Shown piece after piece: positions 8,101 to 17,603 of a DNA stretch of 64,000 nt; the first letter of the stretch is position 1; every line of letters begins with the position of its first letter. The stretch is from a candidate division WOR-3 bacterium. Its GTDB lineage: Bacteria; Hydrothermota; Tepidihabitantia; SM23-42. A program made the translations under genes and the position numbers. Location of the stretch: NCBI GenBank assembly GCA_020343595.1, contig CP070802.1, forward strand, positions 297,151 to 361,150, written 5' to 3'. The notes below the pieces were generated by a model. It worked only from the letters and a program-made list of their open reading frames with translations. It had not been told where the DNA came from and ran no database searches.

Positions 8101-10832
8101 CGTCTGTAGATATCTACTGTAATATTCCGGCCACGGATTCTTTCACCGGACGTGTTCACGGTGATGACATTGACGCTAACAGTATCATTCAGTACGTACA
8201 GGTACTTATCTGTCTTAAGGCCGATGAGATATTCTGCGTTTAGTGCCAGCCAGTTCTGCTCTTTACTTACAGTAGTCATGTTTGGCGCCGTAATCGTGCC
8301 TTCCAGAAATAATAGTGAGGGCGAATAGATATCATCGCCGGACAGCCGGATGGATGCAGCAAACGTGCCGTTCTTGTCGAGTTTACCGGTGCCCGAGCCC
8401 AGTAGTTCACGCTCGCGTTCAGCCTCATATTCGCCAAATAAATAACCTTCGTGCATCGGAAACCTCAAACGATAGTGACTCCGTCTGATGTTCCAGGATA
8501 CTGTGGCGTCCTTCATTGGCATGCCGAAGAGATACTTACCTTCGATAATACCCTTAAATGCCTCACCGGCAATGAAAGTATCCTTGTCTGCCGTTACCTT
8601 GACCTCGAATTCTGCGGGTCGGTATGCTTCTACCCTGAAGGACTGATAGAATGATATTGGCCTGTCAGTAAGCGTGGCAGTCACTGCATAGACTCCGGTA
8701 GGTGCCTCGGCATCGAGTGAGATGTTCCTTGTGAACGAACCGAATCTGTCTATCTGAATCGTATCGATGATAATCTCTTCATCGCGTGCATTGCGTACTT
8801 TGAAAACGATACGGTTCACATCGGGAAGCACCCACTGGCCTTTCCTTTTCTTTCTCATAATACCCTTGAGGTGAACGGATTCACCGGCGCGGTAGAGCCC
8901 TTTTTCAGTGAATAGGAAAGCCTCGTATGCTTCGGGTTGTGCGTACCATTCATATGAGATATTGAAGCGCCATGGATCGATGCCGAAATGCCATTGATTT
9001 GAATATACTGCGGCGTCACCTGCGCGAGTAAGGGTCAACCAGAATTTTGGCTCTTCATATATCGACCATTCATAGCTTTCATATTCGCTATCTGTTTCAT
9101 AAGATAAGGGTGATGCACCAAGACCCAGTTCATGCCAGCCAGGTGCCTCGCAGAATCCGCTGGAGTCAGACAATCCTTCCCAGAGGATGCGGTTATCGTT
9201 ATTACGGATTTGTACCCTGACACGATTCATGGGTTTTGCATCATTCAATGATGTCGCCCAAATGAGATTGTTCTCAGGTGAATATTTCCAGGTGACACCG
9301 ATGTCGCTGATCTCAACAAAAGATTTGGAGTAACGGTACGTCCTACTGTAGCGATTCTGGTTGAGATTATCGAGTTGTAGGAATATCAGTCCGCTTCTCT
9401 TACTGCCCAAGATATCGGTCAGTTCGAAGGGTACGAGTCTCTGCTGATTAGTGAACTTCTTTCGCGAGTCAACGTGCCAGACCCGAGATACGTCGAAGAA
9501 ATCACTCCATTGCGGGACGAATTTCTTGCCTGACCAGAAGAGCTCCGGTGTGTTAAGAAATGGGATTGCCTGGTCGATACTCAATCGTGCAAGCTGGATA
9601 TACACACTGTCGGCATTCACAAAGGTAAACGGAATCCTGAGGTCACTCTCCGACTCGATGAGATTTATCCCCGTCGGCATCTCAACATGCGGTGTGAAAT
9701 CACTCCTTTTGAATTTAAACCCGTATTCGTCAACGAGGCGGTTACCATAAATGTCCCTGAGATCCTTACTGATGCGAATATTGTGTTCTTTATTGTGTAC
9801 GAAAGGTAAATACAGATACACCTCGTTGGTAGACCAATCGTCCTCGGCATATTCTGGAGGAATATCCACCGCAGGCTCTACAAAGAGATGTTTCACCACG
9901 TCTTTCATGACCACTCGATTGGAGAAACATAATTGCAGAGCTCCTTCCCCCGGTGCTGCACGGGTGAATCCGACCAACGAGAATTCATTATATGTATTGA
10001 ACCTAATAATGTTTTCGTCTTCTGCACCGAGGTTTCCATGCTCCGCAAGCAGCCCCGGATACAGAACGACCTCGATCTGGGATTCGATGGGCAATCTATC
10101 CCTCGGCATGAGCACGAGTGTGGCAGAGTTATCCCAGTGTTTGAGAGGATACTCTTCCTTCTCATCATCACTCAGATTGCGTACTCTGTAAGATAATTCA
10201 CCACGGAAATGTGGTGTCTTAGATTTCATCTGCCCACACCATACTCTGGAAGGCATACCCTTGGTATAGTAGATCTTTATCTTATCGCGTACCCTTTTTG
10301 GTGACATCGCAGTATTGAAATTGAGATAAATATTAGCATCCAATTCAATGAACTGTGCGTTATGATACGGGATCGATGATAATAACCTGGGTCTTACACT
10401 TTCGAAGGACCACGAAGTATCCCTCGTTAGTGCCATGCCGGTGAGCGATCTGATATTCTCCTTTTTCAATCTCACGGTGAACTTTGTTGCGGGCATAAGC
10501 GTGTCGTCGGGGATAAATGCTAATGTGCGGGTACCCATCCAGCGGTACTTGCCTTGTAGCTTTGGTTCGATCTGCAGAGGACCGGACTTTTCGTCCTTTT
10601 CGATTTGCTGCAGCGGAACCATCGGTTGGTTGAAGCCGACGAGGATCTTGAATGTCTCAAGGGTACCTTCTGTTTTTCCAATTGGTGAAACGTGAGTGAT
10701 CTTGAGGGGAATCGTGTCCCCGGTCTGAATCATCAGTTGGGTAAACATATCGATCTCTTCTTGGCGTTCTCCACAAGTTACGACCAAGAGCACTGTACAT
10801 ACGACAAATAAGATAAGAATGGTTTTGCTCAT
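5106..10832 (-). CDS. Bacterial alpha-2-macroglobulin family lipoprotein (YfhM-like) with thioester motif
   Basis: 1908 aa. Lipoprotein-like signal (LLVVTCG). CLEQ thioester motif (YPYYCLEQ). Forms the conserved pair with pbpC. Confidence 0.85.
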   Translation of the reverse strand: MSKTILILFVVCTVLLVVTCGERQEEIDMFTQLMIQTGDTIPLKITHVSPIGKTEGTLETFKILVGFNQPMVPLQQIEKDEKSGPLQIEPKLQGKYRWMGTRTLAFIPDDTLMPATKFTVRLKKENIRSLTGMALTRDTSWSFESVRPRLLSSIPYHNAQFIELDANIYLNFNTAMSPKRVRDKIKIYYTKGMPSRVWCGQMKSKTPHFRGELSYRVRNLSDDEKEEYPLKHWDNSATLVLMPRDRLPIESQIEVVLYPGLLAEHGNLGAEDENIIRFNTYNEFSLVGFTRAAPGEGALQLCFSNRVVMKDVVKHLFVEPAVDIPPEYAEDDWSTNEVYLYLPFVHNKEHNIRISKDLRDIYGNRLVDEYGFKFKRSDFTPHVEMPTGINLIESESDLRIPFTFVNADSVYIQLARLSIDQAIPFLNTPELFWSGKKFVPQWSDFFDVSRVWHVDSRKKFTNQQRLVPFELTDILGSKRSGLIFLQLDNLNQNRYSRTYRYSKSFVEISDIGVTWKYSPENNLIWATSLNDAKPMNRVRVQIRNNDNRILWEGLSDSSGFCEAPGWHELGLGASPLSYETDSEYESYEWSIYEEPKFWLTLTRAGDAAVYSNQWHFGIDPWRFNISYEWYAQPEAYEAFLFTEKGLYRAGESVHLKGIMRKKRKGQWVLPDVNRIVFKVRNARDEEIIIDTIQIDRFGSFTRNISLDAEAPTGVYAVTATLTDRPISFYQSFRVEAYRPAEFEVKVTADKDTFIAGEAFKGIIEGKYLFGMPMKDATVSWNIRRSHYRLRFPMHEGYLFGEYEAERERELLGSGTGKLDKNGTFAASIRLSGDDIYSPSLLFLEGTITAPNMTTVSKEQNWLALNAEYLIGLKTDKYLYVLNDTVSVNVITVNTSGERIRGRNITVDIYRREWKSIKKARLGGRYEWVSERVDTKVSSQKVKSGERSSVQVIPDVPGYYYARAYGKDGRGRMSTTRRYYYVAGRGNAGWEMRDDDIIEVVADKEQYDVGDTARILVKSPYDSARCLVTVERELVLDKFTRVLRGNADYIELPIESEYLPNIYVSVMLLRGRVRNLRWDDEKQQDLGKPQFKIGYLNLMVNAAEKRLQVSVRPDRNDYGPRDTVALDLVVRDNAGKPVAGSDVALFVVDLGVLNLIDFKTPDPFKYFYGTRPLAVRTIESRVNILGERDYGEKGEERGGGGAFAEGVSYREKFIATAFYRGAIETDRDGRARARFELPDNLTKFRIMAVAQTKNSQFGSAESTFVVSLPYMITPSIPRFLRVGDEFRAGIVLHNRTDRKEKATVECRATGLEQLEPRHRELTLMPNTSTEVLFRFNARTTGEATFEFKSHLGEETDALRLKIPIIIPPLFEAVATSGSTIDSSLEAIIVPSQADERLGGIEISLSPTFLAGMDQGIDFLWNYPYYCLEQILSKILPLITGGELIDQFKLAPVTGRALRDTVQSVLNTLKDYQTDNGGFVYFKGSRSSCPYLSAYTLYVLYRARNAGYNVDQQVITRGIGFLRDVLRWQDVDWTYPYDEDARLTTKAFCLYSLTLWGIGEQAYAARLFERRNKLSIFGKVMLLRTGRMLHMGGNFESEIRTILVNKVMISHTTAHFEETTGRGWTFPSPAKVTAAVIQAFMEMDIPFPYSAEVMRWLVQERTKRAKPTTHENAFVFDAFLTYYKKYERDAPDFTARVLLGAQELVKQSFRGRSNIEPERFHVSFERVPKDSILPVIITKEGIGRLYYTMRMKYALAERPYPYDGGFYVWKEILSVDDKPVWRFKRGEVYKVVVHVVTPETRLFAVVEDPIPAGFVPVQSFMATESRAVRERYSGARYEERGHWWGGFNHTEFYDDRVLFFAEQLFPGEHTKIYYIRAASGGKFLRPQTQAQEMYSPEVFGNSNQSHVIIR

Positions 10833-11060
10833 GTAACCCCCTCAGTGATATTGCAAATACAATTCTATTTTAATATAGCCAGAGTTTGGCTAATCTGAAT
10901 GAATTCAATGTAATCCAGGCTGCACAGCGTGACCCGTGTCAGCAAATTATAAATTAAAAGGATATCAAGTCAACATCTATATGAGAAAGCGGCACTCGGG
11001 ACTGTGATATGGCTTATCATAGTAACTTGCGAGCAGCGGCATTGGTACTCGTTTCAGTTT

Positions 11061-14000
11061 CTATCTCACAAGTACTATCCCTCTCGTGAATGTCATGTTG
11101 CCGATATTCAAGTGGCAGAAGAACACGCCATTCGGTAATTTTCTATTCAAATAATCTGTACCATTCCAGCGAATATTCCCTGAAATGAGGGGGGAATTTG
11201 AGGATATTGTGAATTCACTGACCAGCCGCCCTGCGATGTCGAAAATCTTCAACTGCGCATCTTCGGCCGGCATCTGCTGTCTTTCTATTTGGAATTCAAT
11301 GTTCACAAAATCGCAGAAAGGATTCGGATATATCTTGAAGAACGAGACTAGGTTCGTGCTCTTGTTCTCTTCAATAGCCATCCCAGTATTGTATAGTACA
11401 GTAACGGTGCTTGAGGAATAATCGTTGCAAGCCAGCTCCAAATCACCATCGCCATCGTAATCAGCCGGCTGGATACCCCAGGGGTTTGTCCCGACTTGAT
11501 AGGTCGAAACATCCGCGAATGAGCCATCACCGTTATTGAGAAGAACAGCTACCGAGTCTGCACCGTTGATAGTCGCTGCCAAATCGATATCGCCGTCGCC
11601 GTCAAAATCACCGCCGTTGATATATCGTGTTTGACTGCCAGTTTGATAGGCGACCGGGCCTGAAAAGGTTCCATCGCCATCATTCAGTATCACGGTGACG
11701 TCGCTACCACCGTAGTTTGCAGTTGCGATATCAATAAAACCGTCGCCACTGAAATCATTGGCGAACACAGATGTTGGGCTATCGCCAACGGAAAAGTTTG
11801 CGAGATCGGAGAAATTACCATTGCCGTCATTATGCAGTACGGAAATGTTATCATTACCTGAATTGGTAACCGCGAGGTCGAGATCCCCGTCATTCTCGAC
11901 GTCGTTCACCACTACCCCCCGTGCCCAAGTGCCTGCAGAATAGGTATAGGGCCCCGAGAGGTTTCCATTTCCATTGTTAAGCATGACCCGAACGTTACTG
12001 CTCGAACCCCAACCATCGGTCATGACAACATCAACATCTCCATCCGCATCAAAATCCCCACCGGTAACGTGTTGGCCGAGAATGGCAGGAGCGTACGTGA
12101 CGAAAACTGTGAAGACGCCGCTTCCATCGTTCTTGAGAACCACCAGATGCGATGTTCCTGGTTCATTATGGGCTGAAACCAAATCGATGTCACCATCACA
12201 GTCCATATCAGCACCGAACAGAGCGACAGGATCGTTCTGAACGGCGGTATATGATGGTGCTGAAAACATCCCATTACCATCATTGAGTAATATCGCAATG
12301 CTGTTCGGATTTGAGGTCGCTGCAATATCAATGTCACCATCCATATCAAAATCGCCTGCAAACATACCACGCGGTTGGTTGCCGACCGGGAAACTCAAAG
12401 GGGAGCCGAAAGAACCATCCGAAGGTGTAGTGACTTCAGTGGTAAAGTTCCATACGTAGCCACCAAGGTAAACGCCTATTAGCGCCTGAATTTCCTGGGT
12501 CAAACACGTATGGATCACTTCACCGTCAATAAAGTCATAAATCGGATCGAAAGTAGCGGTCGACGTTATACTCGAATAATTGATCGCACCTTGATGCGGC
12601 CCTGATTGCGCGCCGTAAACAACAAAAGTAGTATCATTAATGGTTGTGGCGTCGACCTCGATATTGAAGGTGGCCGAAACGTCGGTAGACTTAGTTACGT
12701 CGAGTGCGTTTTGCTCTGGTTCGGTCGTTGCCACAAGAAGGGCACTCTCGTTGAGTAATACCGACACGGCATTGTTCGTAAAATTGGGTGTCGCCAAGTC
12801 CATATCACGATCGCCGTCAAAATCAGACGCCGTAAGTGCATATGGCGCGTTATTGGCAGAGTAGAAATTGGCCGCGGTGAAGGTTCCCTCCCCATTCCCC
12901 AGCAGTACAGCAACCGTATTTGACGCCCCATCTGCTGCACACAGGTCACTGTGTCCATCACCATCGACATCGCAGGCGATTATTGCACGAGGGCCTAGTC
13001 CCGCAGCATAGTGACTGACCGGGCCAAACGTTCCATCTCCATTTCCCAACCGTATCGAGATATTGTCCGAGCCGGCATTGGCTATTGCGAGGTCCAGATA
13101 TCCATCTTCACTGAGATCAGCCACGCACAACGAGAGCGGCATCGAACCTGCGGTATAGTTACTTGCCGTACCGAAATTGCCATCCCCTTCCCCGAATAGT
13201 ATCGATATATTATTGGAACCAGCGTTCGCCACTGATAGATCTAACGAACCATCATTGTTGAAATCGCCGCTGATGAGTGATTTTGGGGTCGTGCCCACCG
13301 GAAAATTGGCAGGATTGGCAAAACTACCGTCCCCGATACCCATCAAAAATGACACGTTATTAGAGACGGCATTAGCCGTTGCTATGTCAATGTGACCATC
13401 GGCATTGAAATCTCCACAGCAGATCGAATATGGTTGGCTGCCGGTTACATAATGTGCAGCAGTTTGGAAAGTGCCGTCACCGTTACCAAGGAGTACCGAT
13501 ATATTGTCTGTGTTTGCATTTGCAGTGACCAGATCAACATAGCCGTCTCCGTCGGCATCGACAGCGTCCACGGCGGTGGGGTTAGAGCCGACACCGTAGG
13601 TGTTCTGCGTGCCAAACAGGCCGTTACCATCACCAAGAAATACTGACAAATTGCTGCCATCGTAGTTTGCTGCCGCCAAATCAGAGTTACCGTCTCCATT
13701 GAAGTCACATGAAACGATCGAATGAGGGGCGTTACCGGCAGGGTAATTCGCGCTCAAGGAGAACATGCCAGAACCGCTATCGACAAGACACGTGAACTGC
13801 CAGACAAATCCATGTAGGGAATCGCCTGTGAGCGCTTGAATACCTTCACCGAGTGTTACTGTAATAATTTCCCCGCATTCAAAATTCTGGTCAGGGTTGA
13901 TGTTGATCATCCGCGCAGTACTATCGTATGAAAGACTTGCTGAGTATAACCCGGTAAGGTGACCGCTTACCACAACAGTACTTTCGCTAAACGTAGCATG

Positions 14001-14972
14001 ATCCATATCGTTATTGAACATTGCGGAAATACCGACGGTATCGATAGCATTCAATGCGTTCTGCATCGGTATTGTCAACATGACCAGTGGGAAATCTGCC
14101 GGCGCCTCGGGACCACCATAGGCTCCCATGTCATTCCGTGAGCCGTCAGGGTCATCGTATTGAGGTAGAGGATTGCCCGAGTCGATACAAGGAGATTGAG
14201 GTTGAAGATGATAATCGCCCTCGGGTTCGTCAACATAGAGCGGGTTTGCAGAGATGCATCCTTGCCCTGGAGAGCAATAGTGGTAATTCTGTCCATTATT
14301 CCAGACGTCGGTATAAGTGATATCGGTTGGGACGCTGGTATTCACGACACCGATCCCGTACGTAGTATTCCCGGTAACGATGTTATTCATGACAATCGGC
14401 TGATACCCTCCGCTGTCATATATGCCAATATTGTTATTTGCTATTGTATTATTGACTACCGAGGCGTTGGTGCTCAGACTAACACCCGTATAGGTATTAT
14501 CGACTACGATGTTGTTGTGTATATAGGCGTTAGCCCCGTTCCAGGTGACGATACCGAAATCATTTCCTTTGACTCGATTATTACTGATGTCGGGTGAAGC
14601 ACCGCTATTGCAGAAGATTCCGGCACCACCAGGCATTGAACCGCCAGAATGTGCACCGGTTACGGTGAACCCGAGGAATTTGGTTGTACTCGTGATGTTA
14701 TTGCCTGATGCAAAAACCACGTCGCCAGCGTTTCCTCCACCGTCAATGATCGATCTACCTTCTCCTGCTCCCATAACAGTAACATCTGCCTTCAGCGTGA
14801 TCTCTTCATAGTATATACCCGGTGCTGCCAGAACAATATCATTGGCAATTGCCGCATCGATCCCTGCCTGTATGGTGGGATAGTCACCAGGTACTTTGAT
14901 TATTCGCCCCTGGATCTGTCCAGGAAGAAGTATAATCACAATGAACGGAATGAAAATTCTACACATCTCCAC
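11061..14972 (-). CDS. Secreted multidomain protein: N-terminal right-handed beta-helix (pectate-lyase-like), two Ig-like modules, two seven-repeat FG-GAP/VCBS beta-propellers, T9SS C-terminal sorting domain
   Basis: Signal peptide. Beta-helix region (NNRVKGN...NNTIANNNIGIY). Fourteen DxDxDG-containing FG-GAP-like repeats in two blocks of seven. C-terminal 80 aa match the Por secretion tail pattern (YPNPF...IFDIAGRLV...GVFF). Confidence 0.7.
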   Translation of the reverse strand: MEMCRIFIPFIVIILLPGQIQGRIIKVPGDYPTIQAGIDAAIANDIVLAAPGIYYEEITLKADVTVMGAGEGRSIIDGGGNAGDVVFASGNNITSTTKFLGFTVTGAHSGGSMPGGAGIFCNSGASPDISNNRVKGNDFGIVTWNGANAYIHNNIVVDNTYTGVSLSTNASVVNNTIANNNIGIYDSGGYQPIVMNNIVTGNTTYGIGVVNTSVPTDITYTDVWNNGQNYHYCSPGQGCISANPLYVDEPEGDYHLQPQSPCIDSGNPLPQYDDPDGSRNDMGAYGGPEAPADFPLVMLTIPMQNALNAIDTVGISAMFNNDMDHATFSESTVVVSGHLTGLYSASLSYDSTARMININPDQNFECGEIITVTLGEGIQALTGDSLHGFVWQFTCLVDSGSGMFSLSANYPAGNAPHSIVSCDFNGDGNSDLAAANYDGSNLSVFLGDGNGLFGTQNTYGVGSNPTAVDAVDADGDGYVDLVTANANTDNISVLLGNGDGTFQTAAHYVTGSQPYSICCGDFNADGHIDIATANAVSNNVSFLMGIGDGSFANPANFPVGTTPKSLISGDFNNDGSLDLSVANAGSNNISILFGEGDGNFGTASNYTAGSMPLSLCVADLSEDGYLDLAIANAGSDNISIRLGNGDGTFGPVSHYAAGLGPRAIIACDVDGDGHSDLCAADGASNTVAVLLGNGEGTFTAANFYSANNAPYALTASDFDGDRDMDLATPNFTNNAVSVLLNESALLVATTEPEQNALDVTKSTDVSATFNIEVDATTINDTTFVVYGAQSGPHQGAINYSSITSTATFDPIYDFIDGEVIHTCLTQEIQALIGVYLGGYVWNFTTEVTTPSDGSFGSPLSFPVGNQPRGMFAGDFDMDGDIDIAATSNPNSIAILLNDGNGMFSAPSYTAVQNDPVALFGADMDCDGDIDLVSAHNEPGTSHLVVLKNDGSGVFTVFVTYAPAILGQHVTGGDFDADGDVDVVMTDGWGSSSNVRVMLNNGNGNLSGPYTYSAGTWARGVVVNDVENDGDLDLAVTNSGNDNISVLHNDGNGNFSDLANFSVGDSPTSVFANDFSGDGFIDIATANYGGSDVTVILNDGDGTFSGPVAYQTGSQTRYINGGDFDGDGDIDLAATINGADSVAVLLNNGDGSFADVSTYQVGTNPWGIQPADYDGDGDLELACNDYSSSTVTVLYNTGMAIEENKSTNLVSFFKIYPNPFCDFVNIEFQIERQQMPAEDAQLKIFDIAGRLVSEFTISSNSPLISGNIRWNGTDYLNRKLPNGVFFCHLNIGNMTFTRGIVLVR

Positions 14973-15143
14973 CTTCCTTTTTCTTGTATCTCAGATGCAC
15001 CTCTCGAAATACTAAAGTGATCGTAAGTGTTGAATTCACGTACTCCTATGAGAAATTGTACCCTGAATCTGTAACAAGTCAAATAGTACGATGCTCATAA
15101 CATATTCCCCAACTTCTTGGGAGGAATTTACCCCCCTTTAACA

Positions 15144-16658
15144 TTAGAACGGTAATGGGAGGGTATTGATCTTGAAGACGGGTATGACAAGGAAATATAC
15201 GAGTAGGGTTATGATTATTGCCCCAATGATATTGAGAAAAAAACCAACGCGTGCCATGTCAGGTATTCTCAGATATCCGCTGCCGAAGACTATTGCATTC
15301 GGCGGGGTGGCGACCGGTAGCATGAAAGCACAGGACGCAGACATCGCAGCGGGTATCATGAGCATAAACGGGTGAATACATGCTGCGGCAGCTAGTGCAC
15401 CCAACACCGGCATCATCATCGTTGTTGTCGCAGTATTGGAGGTAACTTCAGTGAGAAAGGTCAACAGTAGACAGATACACAGGATCATGATAATCGTGGG
15501 CATGCCACAAAGAAACGAAAGCCTTTCTCCGATCCACTGTGCAAGTCCCGACATCTGAAACCCGGCAGCCAGAGCAAAACCGCCTCCGAACAGAAGTATG
15601 ATGCCCCAGGGGATGCGCAGTGCCCATTGCCAATCGAGGACAAATACATGTTTCTTGAAATCAACCGGCAACAAGAAAAGCAGCACCGCACCGAAGATCG
15701 CAACCGTTGAGTCATGAATATGTTGACTGATACCCGCAAGATCAGACCAACCAGGGATCGTGAAAAACCCAATGTCTATGTCACGACGGAAAATCCAGGC
15801 AAGCGCTACGAGCAGAAAGACAACAAGCGTCAGCTTCTCTCCCCTGTTCATCTTTCCGAGCGCGGCAAGATCAGCCTTTATAAGCTCTTTTCCGCCAGGG
15901 ATCCTGGCTATTTCAGGCGGCGCTGCTATATAGGTCAGGTAGACCCACGTGACCGGCAGCATTACAACAACCAGTGGCAGTCCGATCTTCAGCCAATCAA
16001 GAAAGCCGACTTCTATTGCCGCCGGGAACATTGATTTCACGACACCAGCGAAGACGATGTTTGGCGGTGTACCGACGAGCGTAGCGATTCCCCCAATACT
16101 TGCAGAATACGCAATGCCAAGCATCAGAGATAGACCAAATTTGAAATTACCGGGAGTAGTATCCAACCCTTTATTATCCTTTTCAATGACTTTCACCACG
16201 TGGAGTATCACAGCAAGGCCGATCGGGAACATCATCATGGCGGTAGCAGTGTTTGATATCCACATGGAGAGAAAGGCTGTGGCACACATGAACCCGAGTA
16301 CGATTCTCCGGGGTGAGGTGCCCAGGAGGCGGACAATATAAAGAGCAATACGCTTGTGCAACGCCCAACGCTGCATTGCCATCGCGATGAAAAAGCCGCC
16401 CATGAAAAGAAAGATATTCTGGTCGCCATACCTCATTGCCACATCACGTGCGCTCATGATCTGGAAAATAGGAAAGAGAATCAATGGAACAAGCGCAGTT
16501 ACCGGAATTGGAATGGCTTCTGTGATCCACCATGTTGCCATGAGCAGCGCAATACCTGCCGCTGAAGTAGCCTGAGTACTCAATCCCGGGAATGGTCTGA
16601 TCGCCACCATGAGAATGAATAACAGGGGGCCGAGGAACAATCCGATCTTGTGGCGCAT
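15144..16658 (-). CDS. DASS family (SLC13-like) Na+-coupled anion transporter
   Basis: About 12 TM. Duplicated SNTAT motifs (SNTATAMMMFP and SNTATTTMMMP). TPPN motifs. Confidence 0.75.
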   Translation of the reverse strand: MRHKIGLFLGPLLFILMVAIRPFPGLSTQATSAAGIALLMATWWITEAIPIPVTALVPLILFPIFQIMSARDVAMRYGDQNIFLFMGGFFIAMAMQRWALHKRIALYIVRLLGTSPRRIVLGFMCATAFLSMWISNTATAMMMFPIGLAVILHVVKVIEKDNKGLDTTPGNFKFGLSLMLGIAYSASIGGIATLVGTPPNIVFAGVVKSMFPAAIEVGFLDWLKIGLPLVVVMLPVTWVYLTYIAAPPEIARIPGGKELIKADLAALGKMNRGEKLTLVVFLLVALAWIFRRDIDIGFFTIPGWSDLAGISQHIHDSTVAIFGAVLLFLLPVDFKKHVFVLDWQWALRIPWGIILLFGGGFALAAGFQMSGLAQWIGERLSFLCGMPTIIMILCICLLLTFLTEVTSNTATTTMMMPVLGALAAAACIHPFMLMIPAAMSASCAFMLPVATPPNAIVFGSGYLRIPDMARVGFFLNIIGAIIITLLVYFLVIPVFKINTLPLPF

Positions 16659-16686
16659 TACAGGTAAATTCTACATAATAGAGTGG

Positions 16687-17571
16687 CTAGTTCAAGGGAG
16701 AATTTGCAGGATACTCCTTACGTGAAAGGAAGTATATCCCCCCGAATAAAGACATGATGCCAATGAACTGGATCATGGTTATCGTTTCCTTCAGGATGAA
16801 GAAACCAAGAATAGTGGCAAAGAAAGGCGTGGAGAGCTCAAGTGCTGATACCTGCGCGGCTTTTATCAATTTTATGCCTTCGTAGTATAATATCGTGCCT
16901 ATACCGATGATGACCCCAAGCACCATCTGGTATGCATTATTGATAGTTATGCCTTTTAGAAACGTAGCGTAGATAACAAATGCAATACCGCCGAAAAGAA
17001 AGCGATAGAAGGCAATGAGCGCCGCATTCAATTCTTTCAGATACCGGCGCGCAACGATGGCAGTTGTGGCCCACGAGATCGTGGCGAACAATACATAAAG
17101 ATCACCGACCGTTCCGATGCGAACCGCGGCTAAATTACTCAGAGTCCGGCTGGTAACGAGGATCCCCGCTATGATCATGAACAGAATACCGAGATAGTCG
17201 AACCTGGTAATCCGGTCATCCTTCAAAAAAGCAAAGCCAATAAGAACGATGAAGATCGGCTGCATATGTCCGATCATCACCGCATTGATTACCTGCACTT
17301 TGCCCAGGGCGTAAACATACATCAAATCAGCGAAGAGGGTAGCTGCTATCGATACGTATACAAGTTTTGGAAGATATTTCGTACGAACACGGAAATTTCT
17401 TCCGGTGAGAAGCAGGTAAGCGGCAATAGTGATCAGGCAGAAGATAGTCCTGGTCGTAAATGTGCTGAGGACATCAGTGTATGCATACGATAACTTGACC
17501 AAAATAGGCTCTATTGCCCACATCATGCTGGCCCCGAGTACGACGATCACTCCCTTAGTTTTATTGCTCAT
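16687..17571 (-). CDS. EamA/DMT family transporter
   Basis: 10 TM with two-repeat EamA architecture. Confidence 0.7.
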   Translation of the reverse strand: MSNKTKGVIVVLGASMMWAIEPILVKLSYAYTDVLSTFTTRTIFCLITIAAYLLLTGRNFRVRTKYLPKLVYVSIAATLFADLMYVYALGKVQVINAVMIGHMQPIFIVLIGFAFLKDDRITRFDYLGILFMIIAGILVTSRTLSNLAAVRIGTVGDLYVLFATISWATTAIVARRYLKELNAALIAFYRFLFGGIAFVIYATFLKGITINNAYQMVLGVIIGIGTILYYEGIKLIKAAQVSALELSTPFFATILGFFILKETITMIQFIGIMSLFGGIYFLSRKEYPANSPLN

Positions 17572-17603
17572 AGGATCGAGCCTTTTTTCGACTCATTGGG
17601 GGA

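Noticed and set aside
5385-10695. Numerous 60-150 aa ORFs on the plus strand inside the alpha-2-macroglobulin gene, and similar antisense ORFs inside pbpC, the FG-GAP gene, clpC, bamA and glgA
   Set aside because: They lie antisense within long, well-supported genes, have no RBS or motif support and show low-complexity translations. They are treated as spurious.
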